64,000 nt of DNA, from assembly GCA_000997385.1 (NCBI GenBank), contig LCBT01000003.1:192892-256891 (forward strand), written 5' to 3'. Position 1 is the stretch's first letter. Every line of letters starts with the position of its first letter. A model generated the notes under the pieces. The model was given only the letters and a program-made list of their open reading frames with translations, did not search any database and had not been told where the DNA came from. A program made the position numbers and the translations under genes. The DNA is from Candidatus Daviesbacteria bacterium GW2011_GWA1_41_61. GTDB lineage: Bacteria > Patescibacteriota > Microgenomatia > Daviesbacterales > UBA10151. This document shows positions 30,204-38,176 of the stretch, in pieces.

Positions 30204-30427
30204 GGATCTTAGATTAATTTAAATAGCAGTCTTTTGCAAGCAGCATATGGCAGCTCTGGTAAAACTACACAAAAGAGTGGTTTTAGCTTTTAACCGTTTT
30301 GACAGATTACAGAGAGAATTTAATCAAAACTTCTAGTGGATCTGGCTCCCGAAGAAGAATCCTGCTTGTGTCAGTAGTGGCTATATCATAGAAAGCTCTA
30401 AAAAATTGGTTATACTCTGCTCAAGGT

Positions 30428-31762
30428 TTAATCTTCTTTCCAGTAGTGTTTCTTTAGACCTTGTTGAACTAAGATCTTTTGTATCCCCAGCATGGCTGTA
30501 TAAGTAGGTAAGATAAACAACCGTCCTTTTAAGCCTTCTGTAGCCTGTTGTAGAGCCTTTTTAAGGTTGTTTTCCACCAGGATGGCTTCAGGCTTAAACC
30601 CGGCGTATTTAAGCCTCAAAGCTAGATCAGAAGCCCTGGTACCTGAGGCAAAAATTAGGAAGTCCCTCGACCCTGCTCGGGGTGAATTTTGAAGTAATTC
30701 AAAATCCGCATCCCAGATCCAGGAAACATCTGTCCCATCAGCTAAGTTATCATTTAAAGCTATCAGTAACCTATCCTCTGGTTTGAGCTCTCCTTTTAAA
30801 GTTTCAAAAACCTGAGTAGCTCCGGTAGGATTTTTGATTAATAAAATATATCCTCCCTCGTTTTTGTGCCTCCACCCCGGTGGTGGCAGGGTAAACTTCT
30901 CTACCCTGCCAAAAGCCGGGGAGAAGCTTTTTAAAGCTTGGATAATAACTTTTTTCTCTATTCCCAGTTTGGAAGCTGCCACATAGGCTGCCAGGAAATC
31001 ATAGATATGATAGATCCCCGGTAAAGGAAGCAGAAAATCCCACAAACCATCACTTTCTTTGAGCTCAAATTTAACTCCGTCCAGGCCGAGTAATGTGACA
31101 TTTAAAGCTTCTAAATCAAGCTTTTCCTGTCCTACTTTTTTAAAATGCTCTTCCCCTCTGATTTTGTAATTTTCCACCCCAAAGGTAAAAACTGGTCCTT
31201 TAAAACATTTTTTTAAAGATAAGAGTTTGTGATCATCCCCGTTTAAAAAAAGGGTGGTATTGGGTGGCATATTTTTTAGGGTTTGGCACCATTTTTTAAC
31301 AATACTGTCAACCTCACCGTATCTATCCAGCTGATCCCTAAAGATATTAAGGCAGATGATAATTTGAGGTTTTAATTTAGGCACTATCTGATTAAAAGCA
31401 GCTTCATCAAGTTCCCAGATAGCCAAATCAAAGTTTTTTAGTCCGCCGGTTGGCAGATGGGAGCAGGAAATTAGAGCTGAAGCAATACCTCTTTCCAAAT
31501 TTGATCCTGTAGAATTTCTGATCACTTTTAATCCAGAGCTGGTGGCAAAATGAGCTAACATTCTGGCAGTAGTAGTTTTGCCGTTGGTGCCAGTAATAAC
31601 AATGGTTTGAGGAATTTGGGAAGCAAGGTCAGAAACCAAATCAGGATAAATTTTTAAAGCATACAGTCCTGGAGCTGCTGAACCTCCGCCGATCTTTAAT
31701 ATAGTGGTTATCTTGAAAATCAGTTTCCCCACAGTTAAAGCCAGGATTTTCCTTGCCTGCAT
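30428..31762 (-). CDS. murT: Mur-ligase-family lipid II isoglutaminyl synthase MurT
   Basis: ITGTNGKTTTARMLAHF P-loop, Mur ligase central domain, and C-terminal DUF1727-like region. Partner gatD is downstream. Confidence 0.8.
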   Translation of the reverse strand: MQARKILALTVGKLIFKITTILKIGGGSAAPGLYALKIYPDLVSDLASQIPQTIVITGTNGKTTTARMLAHFATSSGLKVIRNSTGSNLERGIASALISCSHLPTGGLKNFDLAIWELDEAAFNQIVPKLKPQIIICLNIFRDQLDRYGEVDSIVKKWCQTLKNMPPNTTLFLNGDDHKLLSLKKCFKGPVFTFGVENYKIRGEEHFKKVGQEKLDLEALNVTLLGLDGVKFELKESDGLWDFLLPLPGIYHIYDFLAAYVAASKLGIEKKVIIQALKSFSPAFGRVEKFTLPPPGWRHKNEGGYILLIKNPTGATQVFETLKGELKPEDRLLIALNDNLADGTDVSWIWDADFELLQNSPRAGSRDFLIFASGTRASDLALRLKYAGFKPEAILVENNLKKALQQATEGLKGRLFILPTYTAMLGIQKILVQQGLKKHYWKED

Positions 31763-31806
31763 GAAGAAATTTTAAACTTTAGACTTTAAGAAAACAAGGC
31801 AAAGAG

Positions 31807-32460
31807 CTAATTTAAGGCTAAAGCAGCAGAGTTGCCAGCTGTTTTAAAGATTAAAGTCGGGGCTTTATCCTTATCTGAGGATTTGGTGTATTGCTTTTCA
31901 AATTTTTCCATATCAGCTAAGAAATGGGAAACTTTAGCTCCCCAAGTGGGTGAGGCAGCATAAACCCTATTAATAGCATAAGGATTAGTTAACCCTTTAT
32001 TTAGGTAATTGGTTCTTAATCCTTCAGACACTGTATAAATACCTTCTTTCCAGGATTTAAAGTAAATAGCCTGAGTTCCATAAACTCCCCATCCCCAGCC
32101 ATTATAGGAGCTATAAGGGGTTCCTGATCCCCCGGGAACATGTTTACCAAAAGTGGATTCAACTCCTGAGATAGCAGCTACAAGTTTCCAGTCCAGGTTG
32201 TATTTATCAGCTGCATCCACAAAATTCTGAGCTTGATATTGTAAGGGAGAGTTATATTTTGTCAAATAAGCTTGGAGGATTTGGGCTCTTTTATCAATAG
32301 TACTCGAGACAATTTCTTCCTTTTGGGAGCCGGTATTTGGGCCAATAGTATCCGTAGCCCCCAGAGGCCCGTTTACTAAAAAGATAGATAATAGTAGCAA
32401 GGTAACAATTTTTTTGTTAAACATACATTTCTCCAGGGAAGAAAGGATTTTCTTCCCCAA
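31807..32460 (-). CDS. Secreted peptidoglycan hydrolase-like protein (glucosaminidase/GH73-like, lysozyme fold)
   Basis: Signal peptide, then LVAAISGVESTFGKH and YAINRVYAASPTWGAKV resembling glucosaminidase motifs. Confidence 0.5.
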   Translation of the reverse strand: MGKKILSSLEKCMFNKKIVTLLLLSIFLVNGPLGATDTIGPNTGSQKEEIVSSTIDKRAQILQAYLTKYNSPLQYQAQNFVDAADKYNLDWKLVAAISGVESTFGKHVPGGSGTPYSSYNGWGWGVYGTQAIYFKSWKEGIYTVSEGLRTNYLNKGLTNPYAINRVYAASPTWGAKVSHFLADMEKFEKQYTKSSDKDKAPTLIFKTAGNSAALALN

Positions 32461-32591
32461 AGAAAAAAATCCTGGAGTCTGAGGGGTAATACTCCAGGAT
32501 TTGTTGTCAATTATACCCTATAGGCATAAAAAAGTCAAATTAAGAGGGCAGGAAATCCGGAGAGAATTCTGGTAAAATATCTAGGTATTAT

Positions 32592-32678
32592 GGGCGGGTG
32601 GCGAAACTGGCAGACGCGCTACGTTCAGGTCGTAGTTCCAGCAATGGAATGCAGGTTCAACTCCTGTCCCGCCCACCA
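32592..32678 (+). tRNA. tRNA-Leu (anticodon CAG), CCA encoded
   Basis: Acceptor GGGCGGG/CCCGCCC, anticodon loop TTCAGGT, long variable arm. Confidence 0.85.
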
Positions 32679-32679
32679 A

Positions 32680-32766
32680 GCCGGGGTGGCGAAACTGGTA
32701 CACGCGATAGATTGAGGTTCTATTGCCGCAAGGCTTGCAGGTTCAACTCCTGTCCCCGGCACCATG
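32680..32766 (+). tRNA. tRNA-Leu (anticodon GAG), CCA encoded
   Basis: Acceptor GCCGGGG/CCCCGGC, anticodon loop TTGAGGT. The 3' half is identical to tRNA-Leu(TAG). Confidence 0.85.
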
Positions 32767-32774
32767 GTATAATG

Positions 32775-32850
32775 GACTCGTAGCTCAGTTGGTTAGAGCG
32801 TCTCATTTACACTGAGAAGGTCGAGGGTTCAAGTCCTTCCGAGTCCACCA
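32775..32850 (+). tRNA. tRNA-Val (anticodon TAC), CCA encoded
   Basis: Acceptor GGACTCG/CGAGTCC, anticodon stem TCTCA/TGAGA, loop TTTACAC. Confidence 0.85.
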
Positions 32851-32853
32851 TCT

Positions 32854-32926
32854 GCCTCAGTTGCCAACGTGGTCAAGGCGGCGGTCTGAAGAACCGTTTA
32901 TGTGGGTCCGATTCCTACCTGAGGCA
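32854..32926 (+). tRNA. tRNA-like gene, predicted anticodon GAA (Phe), with a non-canonical D-arm and T-loop
   Basis: Acceptor GCCTCAG/CTGAGGC (7 bp), anticodon stem GCGGT/ACCGT with loop CTGAAGA. Only a 3-bp D-stem. T-loop TCCGATT lacks the TTC. Confidence 0.45.
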
Positions 32927-32936
32927 CAAAGTAGGT

Positions 32937-33638
32937 TTACAAAATTCTTAAAGTAGGTACAATAATAGCCCCATAAGTACCTTTTATTGTTTCTGAATAA
33001 ACTGTGGTTTGTTGTTCTAAAAGTAATCTAATTGAACCATTTACTTTGTAGAAGCGTGAGCTTGGTGGTAAATCCTGAAGTGAGTGTGCTCTCCAGTATA
33101 AGCGGGAAAAACCTCGATTAAAATTACCTTCTCCTAAATCATTAAGTAGGCTAGAAACAGTGTCCAAAATATCCGCATCGTGGCGATATCCGCTAGGGTG
33201 AAAAACAAAAACCACACCACTAATATCTGCTGGCTGATCATCTTTTATGTCGCCAGTGACTAGTATCCGTTCTCGAGCTTCCTCATCTGTAAGCCCAACT
33301 TTTCTAGCCAGGGGTTTAACAAGTTTACCTCGGCAAGCATTGATTTGTTCGCCGTCAAAGATCCCTTCAAAATATTTAGCTATTCCAGTTAAGGTTAAAA
33401 CCTCTTGGGCATAAGCGGTACTGCCTTGAGTTGTAATAAAGTTACGGCAGTTATGATTGCATAGTTTCTCCAGGAATCCGGTAACTCCTTTCCTTAAACA
33501 TTTAAGCGATAATTCTTCATCATAAGAGGCATTTGGCCCGCGTCTGTTTGTAGCAATTGGATAGAAATTACCCAAGGTGTGCTCTAGATCCCAGCCAAAT
33601 ATTTTACCTTCAACCATAGAGCGTATTTTACAACTCAA
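32937..33638 (-). CDS. Hypothetical protein (233 aa)
   Basis: ORF only. Weak HAD-like resemblance, not supported. Confidence 0.45.
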   Translation of the reverse strand: MSCKIRSMVEGKIFGWDLEHTLGNFYPIATNRRGPNASYDEELSLKCLRKGVTGFLEKLCNHNCRNFITTQGSTAYAQEVLTLTGIAKYFEGIFDGEQINACRGKLVKPLARKVGLTDEEARERILVTGDIKDDQPADISGVVFVFHPSGYRHDADILDTVSSLLNDLGEGNFNRGFSRLYWRAHSLQDLPPSSRFYKVNGSIRLLLEQQTTVYSETIKGTYGAIIVPTLRIL

Positions 33639-33695
33639 ACAGTTCTAAGTACAGTATTAAGTTAGTGAAAGTTGGGTAGACAAACAAGAACAGTA

Positions 33696-34478
33696 TCAAT
33701 GAATAAAAAGTTTATAAAGCGCAGTTTGTACGCGGTCTGGATCACCATCTCTTATAATATTATAGGCAGAATCGGTCGGTTTCCAGTCTCCGTTAAAGGC
33801 AACAATACCGTTTCTTCCGTTGTAGTCGATGAACTTAATCTCCCCGTTTGGGCCTATTCTTAAGTTTTCCAGATCGGGCTTAAAAACTATCTGACCATTA
33901 TTTTCCATACTACCAATAACAAAGTCCCCATGAGCTTGTCCTGTTCGGGCGATAACTTTTCTATAACGATAAATAAATTGATCAATACTTACTTTTGTTA
34001 CTTTTGCGCCTTCTAGCGTCGTACCTCTCTTTAGATATTCGGTAACAGCCATCCCATAGAAAGGTTGTTCGGTTCCTAAAACTTCTCCCGCTTCATTTTC
34101 TATAATTTTTGTTGGTAGAACTACTGTTTCCCGAAGATCAGGATCTTGACTGAATTCTTCATAGAATCGTACTTGATTTCTGGCCTGCTGCGTACCTACC
34201 TGGTTAGTGGTCTGTACTATGGCAAAAACTTTTTTATTTTCGCTATCTGAGAACACTTCTTTAGAAGTGCCTCCCCCAATTCTTTTAATAATAGTACTTT
34301 CTGCTAATTGACCTAGATAGGTTCTTCCCTCATCTGTTAACCTTCCGTGTGAGTCTAAAAAATTCACAGGAGATAGAACCCTTTCCAGCCTGTGTGTCTT
34401 TAATGGCGTTTCTACTTTGCTGGTACTTATATCAGTCTTATGAACAAGGGGTAATTCTGTAGCTACTGCATCACTCAT
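33696..34478 (-). CDS. Atypical protein-kinase-like / phosphotransferase-fold protein
   Basis: Gly-rich loop IGGGTSKEVF, Lys in KVFAIVQ, and HGDFVIGSMENNG (HGD catalytic loop). IDYNG corresponds to DFG. Confidence 0.45.
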   Translation of the reverse strand: MSDAVATELPLVHKTDISTSKVETPLKTHRLERVLSPVNFLDSHGRLTDEGRTYLGQLAESTIIKRIGGGTSKEVFSDSENKKVFAIVQTTNQVGTQQARNQVRFYEEFSQDPDLRETVVLPTKIIENEAGEVLGTEQPFYGMAVTEYLKRGTTLEGAKVTKVSIDQFIYRYRKVIARTGQAHGDFVIGSMENNGQIVFKPDLENLRIGPNGEIKFIDYNGRNGIVAFNGDWKPTDSAYNIIRDGDPDRVQTALYKLFIH

Positions 34479-34539
34479 GCTATTTTAATATATCACATAA
34501 CTTGCAGGCATAGGTATATAAAAGTATAATTTGTCTGTT

Positions 34540-34611
34540 GCGGCGGTAGTTCAGTGGTAGAATGTCTCGTTGCCAACGAGAAGGTCGCCGGTTCAAATCC
34601 GGTCCGCCGCT
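34540..34611 (+). tRNA. tRNA-Gly (anticodon GCC)
   Basis: Acceptor GCGGCGG/CCGCCGC, anticodon stem TCTCG/CGAGA, loop TTGCCAA. Confidence 0.85.
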
Positions 34612-34612
34612 C

Positions 34613-34840
34613 CTAAGTTAGTCTTTGCAGGTTTTGTTTAGCCTCTTCCAGATGTTGATAAATGTCAGGTGTAATAACAAATCCACTGATGGATGCTAAA
34701 TCTGATGGTGAGGCTTCTCTGCTTCCGGGTTTTTCTATAATTTTATTTACTCTAATAATTCCAGATTCAACCTCTTTTTCTCCAGCGAAACCGTACTTTT
34801 TAAATCCATCTTCAGTAGTATTTTTTTTACTCATGGTCAT
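34613..34840 (-). pseudogene. C-terminal fragment of a GalU-type sugar-1-phosphate nucleotidyltransferase
   Basis: ...IIEKPGSREASPSDLASISGFVITPDIYQHLEE matches the C-terminal EKP...PSNLA..GRYVLTPDIF block of UTP-glucose-1-P uridylyltransferases. The N-terminal 200 aa are absent. Confidence 0.5.
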
Positions 34841-34907
34841 TATTTAGCATAAAAACACTGCTTTTTACAAGCAGTGTTTTCAAATAATTACCGTTCTACT
34901 AAAATAA

Positions 34908-35108
34908 CTATTTACTTTTCGCAGAACCAAACATTACATAAGCCATATAAACGGCTGCAGCTCCCACTAACAAATAGACCATCTTTTCTAAAGATGATCC
35001 TGTACCCAATATTGCACTAACCAAGTTAAGATTCAGAAGGCCTATTAGACCCCAATTTAAAGCACCAATTAAAACTAAAACTCCAGCAATCGGTTTTAAG
35101 TCTTTCAT
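34908..35108 (-). CDS. DUF378-family small membrane protein (start at MKDLKPIAG)
   Basis: VLIGALNWGLIGLLNLNLVSAILG signature. RBS ggggtgag precedes the ATG. Confidence 0.6.
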   Translation of the reverse strand: MKDLKPIAGVLVLIGALNWGLIGLLNLNLVSAILGTGSSLEKMVYLLVGAAAVYMAYVMFGSAKSK

Positions 35109-35215
35109 TTTCTCACCCCCTCTATCTATTCTAGTATGCTCAGATTTCAAAACCCTTGTCAACAGATTGATCATCAATCCCCAATTAGGTATAATTCTCG
35201 TTGTCTTGATGTAAA

Positions 35216-35290
35216 TTGCCGGGTCGTCTAATGGTAGGACATCTGTCTTTGGAACAGAGAATTCTAGGTTCGAATCCTAGCCCGGCAGCC
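35216..35290 (+). tRNA. tRNA-Gln (anticodon TTG), U1:A72, CCA encoded
   Basis: Acceptor TGCCGGG/CCCGGCA, anticodon stem TCTGT/ACAGA, loop CTTTGGA. Confidence 0.85.
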
Positions 35291-35530
35291 AGTAAGAATT
35301 GGAAAGAGGTCGGGAGGTAGCGCTTTCCGCGCCTTTACCCTGAGGAACGTAGGGCGCCTCCGCGGAAAGCGCGTCAAATCCGCCTTTTTTGAAACTTGCG
35401 GACAGCCGCCGATCCAATAAAAAGAAGTTCGAGCCGACAGTTTTTGCCGTGATAGATAAATCATGGCAACTATTTTTTGCGCGCGCGATTTTGCGATTGC
35501 TTCGCAATCGCTTATTTTTTTACTCCGGGA
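35291..35530. repeat. GC-rich palindrome-dense non-coding block immediately 3' of tRNA-Gln
   Basis: Perfect 12-bp inverted repeat agcgctttccgcg...cgcggaaagcgc. Palindrome gcgattgcttcgcaatcgc. 16-nt ttcgagccgacagttt repeated again at 37597. Local GC far above the window average. The ORFs here are spurious. Confidence 0.45.
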
Positions 35531-35531
35531 G

Positions 35532-37364
35532 TTAGGCCCCTCCAAATATTTTTGCTGATACTTCACTGGATAATGGGTCATTATAAACTCTTTGAGGCAA
35601 ATCCCAGTAGTTTTCTGTCCCATAGGCTCGGGAGGCGGCACGGAATGAGTAATACAATTCTCCTGTCCTATTATATCTAAAGGCTTTTTTGTCCTTGCCT
35701 TCCAATTGACTGTTTACATACTCAAAAGCCTTTCTAATACCTCTTCCATCATCTGTTTGATAATTCCATAAGTCTACACCGTGCTTTTTAGCAATAGCAG
35801 CCATTTCACTCAAAGCAAAAAGATTAAATACCTGATAATCTAGGGACATATCTCCCCGTTTGGTTTCCTCAGTCATTTCTCCATCCGGCATTATTTGTGT
35901 TTTCATTCTTTCTTTTGTTGATTGAATGGCTTCTTTGACAACCTCTTCCCTTCCTAAAAAGTCGGCAACATACGCAACCTGAGCATCATAAAAAGTTCCG
36001 TGATTATTTAGCATCGCTCTCTCTCCTCCTCGTTCCTTTTCATTTCCAGCGTCCTTTTTCCCAATACCTTTTTCACTTGTTAGCAACCAATTCAAGTATT
36101 GGTCAAACCACTTTCTAACTCCATCAAGAGTTTCTTCATCAATCAAACCAGCATCTCTTAAGTTACTAATACCTTCAACGACCTGCATTAATCCCGCACC
36201 ATCAATAATTCCATAAAAATTACCGCTTTCCTCACCTTGTTTTATTTGAGCATATTCTAAGGAAGGGGTCATCCGTGTTTCATCGTTTACAAACCAGGTT
36301 CTTATCGCAGATACAGCATAATTTCCAAATCTTTCTTTTTGCGTGCCGTCCTCAGTGGCGTTTGCCGCTAAGGAACAAATATAAATTGCGTTTTTAATTG
36401 TTTGGAGCTTTTTAGGGTCTTGATAACTTTCTACCTCGGGATTGATAACTGTGTCCACCTGCTTTGGTTTACCGCTTTCATCTAAGTGCCAATATGGAGA
36501 TAGTGATACAAAGTCCCTTTTGTCTCCTGATGGAGAATTGTTTTTATCTGTAATTAAAGGTATTGGGGTAAGAATTATTTTCTCAGCAATTTTTAACACT
36601 TCGTTTCCGTTTTCTTGCTTTTCTATTTCTGTAGTCTGCACATCAATCATTGCCCCCTTTGCTATTTCAAAAAAATTAGTGTCTATACTCCTACCACTAT
36701 CAATATATTCTTTTACCGTTGGCCTTAATTTTTCACCTAAGGTTTTCCTTTGTTTAACCGACCTTTCATCAGCCTTTTTGGCGGCAGGAGCTATACTTCC
36801 TATTGGTTCAACATCTGGTGCGTAGATACCTTGAATAGCGTATGCGATACCCTCGTCCAATAAGGTTGAGGCTCTTCCTTGTTCATTAGGAAAGCCAGTA
36901 ACAGCCTCAAAATCGGACGAAAACTTAGAACCTGGCCTACTGTCTAATAATCCGTGGACGCCTTCGTGTAATGCTGTTGAGGCGGTAAGGGCAATTGCTA
37001 ACCCACCGACTACCTTATCTTTGTCCTCCTCTTTTACATCTTTGAGTAAAGGTTCAATAAATCCTCTTGTTTCAGAAATAGCCTGTTCTCTGCCTGGTAG
37101 CTGAAGTTCAATAACTGTTCCTTTTATTGTTCCTTCGCCAATTTTCCCGTCAACCAGCTGAACACTAAGGTCTTGATGATGGCATCCGCCATATTCACCT
37201 AGAAACTTGTGAGCCTGACTTAGAGCTATATCCACATTATCTGCTTTTAGTCTTTCAGATAATGCGAACTGTTGAGACGCATCTTTGTTTTGTCTGGCAT
37301 CATCTACCCTCATATTAAACCTCATTTCTTGCTTTGGAGCTGTTTCCGCACCTTCGCCATCCAT
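35532..37364 (-). CDS. Two-domain protein: N-terminal HExxH metallopeptidase-like region fused to a C-terminal alginate-lyase/heparinase-type (alpha/alpha toroid) polysaccharide-lyase-like domain
   Basis: TASTALHEGVHGLLD (HExxH) at ~aa 120. C-terminal half has RAMLNNHGTFYDAQVAYVADFLG resembling the NNH(S)YW motif of PL5 alginate lyases. No N-terminal signal peptide detected. Confidence 0.55.
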   Translation of the reverse strand: MDGEGAETAPKQEMRFNMRVDDARQNKDASQQFALSERLKADNVDIALSQAHKFLGEYGGCHHQDLSVQLVDGKIGEGTIKGTVIELQLPGREQAISETRGFIEPLLKDVKEEDKDKVVGGLAIALTASTALHEGVHGLLDSRPGSKFSSDFEAVTGFPNEQGRASTLLDEGIAYAIQGIYAPDVEPIGSIAPAAKKADERSVKQRKTLGEKLRPTVKEYIDSGRSIDTNFFEIAKGAMIDVQTTEIEKQENGNEVLKIAEKIILTPIPLITDKNNSPSGDKRDFVSLSPYWHLDESGKPKQVDTVINPEVESYQDPKKLQTIKNAIYICSLAANATEDGTQKERFGNYAVSAIRTWFVNDETRMTPSLEYAQIKQGEESGNFYGIIDGAGLMQVVEGISNLRDAGLIDEETLDGVRKWFDQYLNWLLTSEKGIGKKDAGNEKERGGERAMLNNHGTFYDAQVAYVADFLGREEVVKEAIQSTKERMKTQIMPDGEMTEETKRGDMSLDYQVFNLFALSEMAAIAKKHGVDLWNYQTDDGRGIRKAFEYVNSQLEGKDKKAFRYNRTGELYYSFRAASRAYGTENYWDLPQRVYNDPLSSEVSAKIFGGA

Positions 37365-37700
37365 ACATTAATATTACTACAAAGAGATATTAATCTTCAT
37401 TAATGACTTGTTTTAACCGTAGATTTTATGTATATTGATATCGGACTCAATAATTTAAGAAGTCGCTTTTTTGAATGGCGCAATCGGACAACAGAAAGCG
37501 ATTTCTTGTTGAGTCCACCGGTTGCGCCATTTGAGTTTAATAAAAAGTTCTTTAAAATTTTTGCGTTTTTTTCTTTCGTTTGAAAAACGAATTCGAGCCG
37601 ACAGTTTCGGAGGCGCGGCGGGTGGGGGCGCCGCGCTGGAGCAAGCGAGGCCGAAGGCCGAGCTAACCAAATGAAGTTCAACATTTTTTGTAAACGGCCA
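37365..37700. repeat. Second GC-rich hairpin-dense non-coding block, upstream of the fusion gene, with direct repeats of block 35291-35530
   Basis: Contains ttcgagccgacagttt (37597-37612) and aataaaaag shared with block A. GC hairpins include ggccttcggcc (a UUCG tetraloop on the minus strand) and gcggcg...cgccgc. Confidence 0.45.
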
Positions 37701-37739
37701 GCCAGTATATGTGCCCTAGGGACTCAAAATTCTGGAAAA

Positions 37740-37993
37740 CCTTAATTAACGCTTAAGAACTTGAAGTGATTGGTGATTATTTTTCGCTTCCAATTTACAA
37801 CTTCCCCCAACAGGAAACGTAATTTTAGGATCCGAATGTCCAAAGTCAACATTCGCAATCACCGGAATATTACTTGCCTAATTGATAACCTCAATTTCTT
37901 GGCCGCTTCACCGTTAGTAATTTTTCTGTCTAAGACATCAGCAATAATTTTAAGCTTTTGGATCTCTTCTTTCTTAAGTGGGGTATCAGACAT
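37740..37993 (-). pseudogene. Juxtaposed gene remnants: a 44-aa HTH fragment followed by an LD-carboxypeptidase C-terminal fragment
   Basis: MSDTPLKKEEIQKLKIIADVLDRKITNGEAAKKLRLSIRQVIFR* (37862-37993) resembles transposase-type N-terminal HTH domains. The downstream frame PVIANVDFGHSDPKITFPVGGSCKLEA resembles the LdcA C-terminal DFGH motif. Neither is full length. Confidence 0.35.
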
Positions 37994-38176
37994 ATCAGCA
38001 TAGACCTGTGCATAATAGCTGATCCTGACAGCTTTGCTAAGATGACATTTTAATTTTGGCGGGGTATGACATTTCTAAATTGGTATAAGAAAGTAGTTTG
38101 AGTACTTGACAGATATAAGATAATTTTTTATTGTAAAGTTAAGCATAATTAAACTAGAGTAATATGAAAAAGTAAT

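Noticed and set aside
35264-35680. ORFs 35264-35641, 35277-35507 and 35477-35680 inside the GC-rich block
   Set aside because: They overlap tRNA-Gln and each other. The ORFs are GC-rich artefacts of the palindromic block (Arg/Ala/Pro-rich).
37400-37684. ORFs 37400-37684 and 37455-37670 (RP/A-rich)
   Set aside because: Same reasoning: they lie in the second GC-rich hairpin block and have low-complexity Ala/Pro/Arg translations.
35291-37700. Search for housekeeping ncRNAs (RNase P RNA, tmRNA, SRP RNA) in the GC-rich blocks
   Set aside because: Conserved cores (GGAAAGTCCGG for RNase P, tmRNA tag or tRNA-like end, SRP AGGUCCGGAAGGAAGCAGC) were not found by eye. The blocks are better described as palindromic repeat elements.
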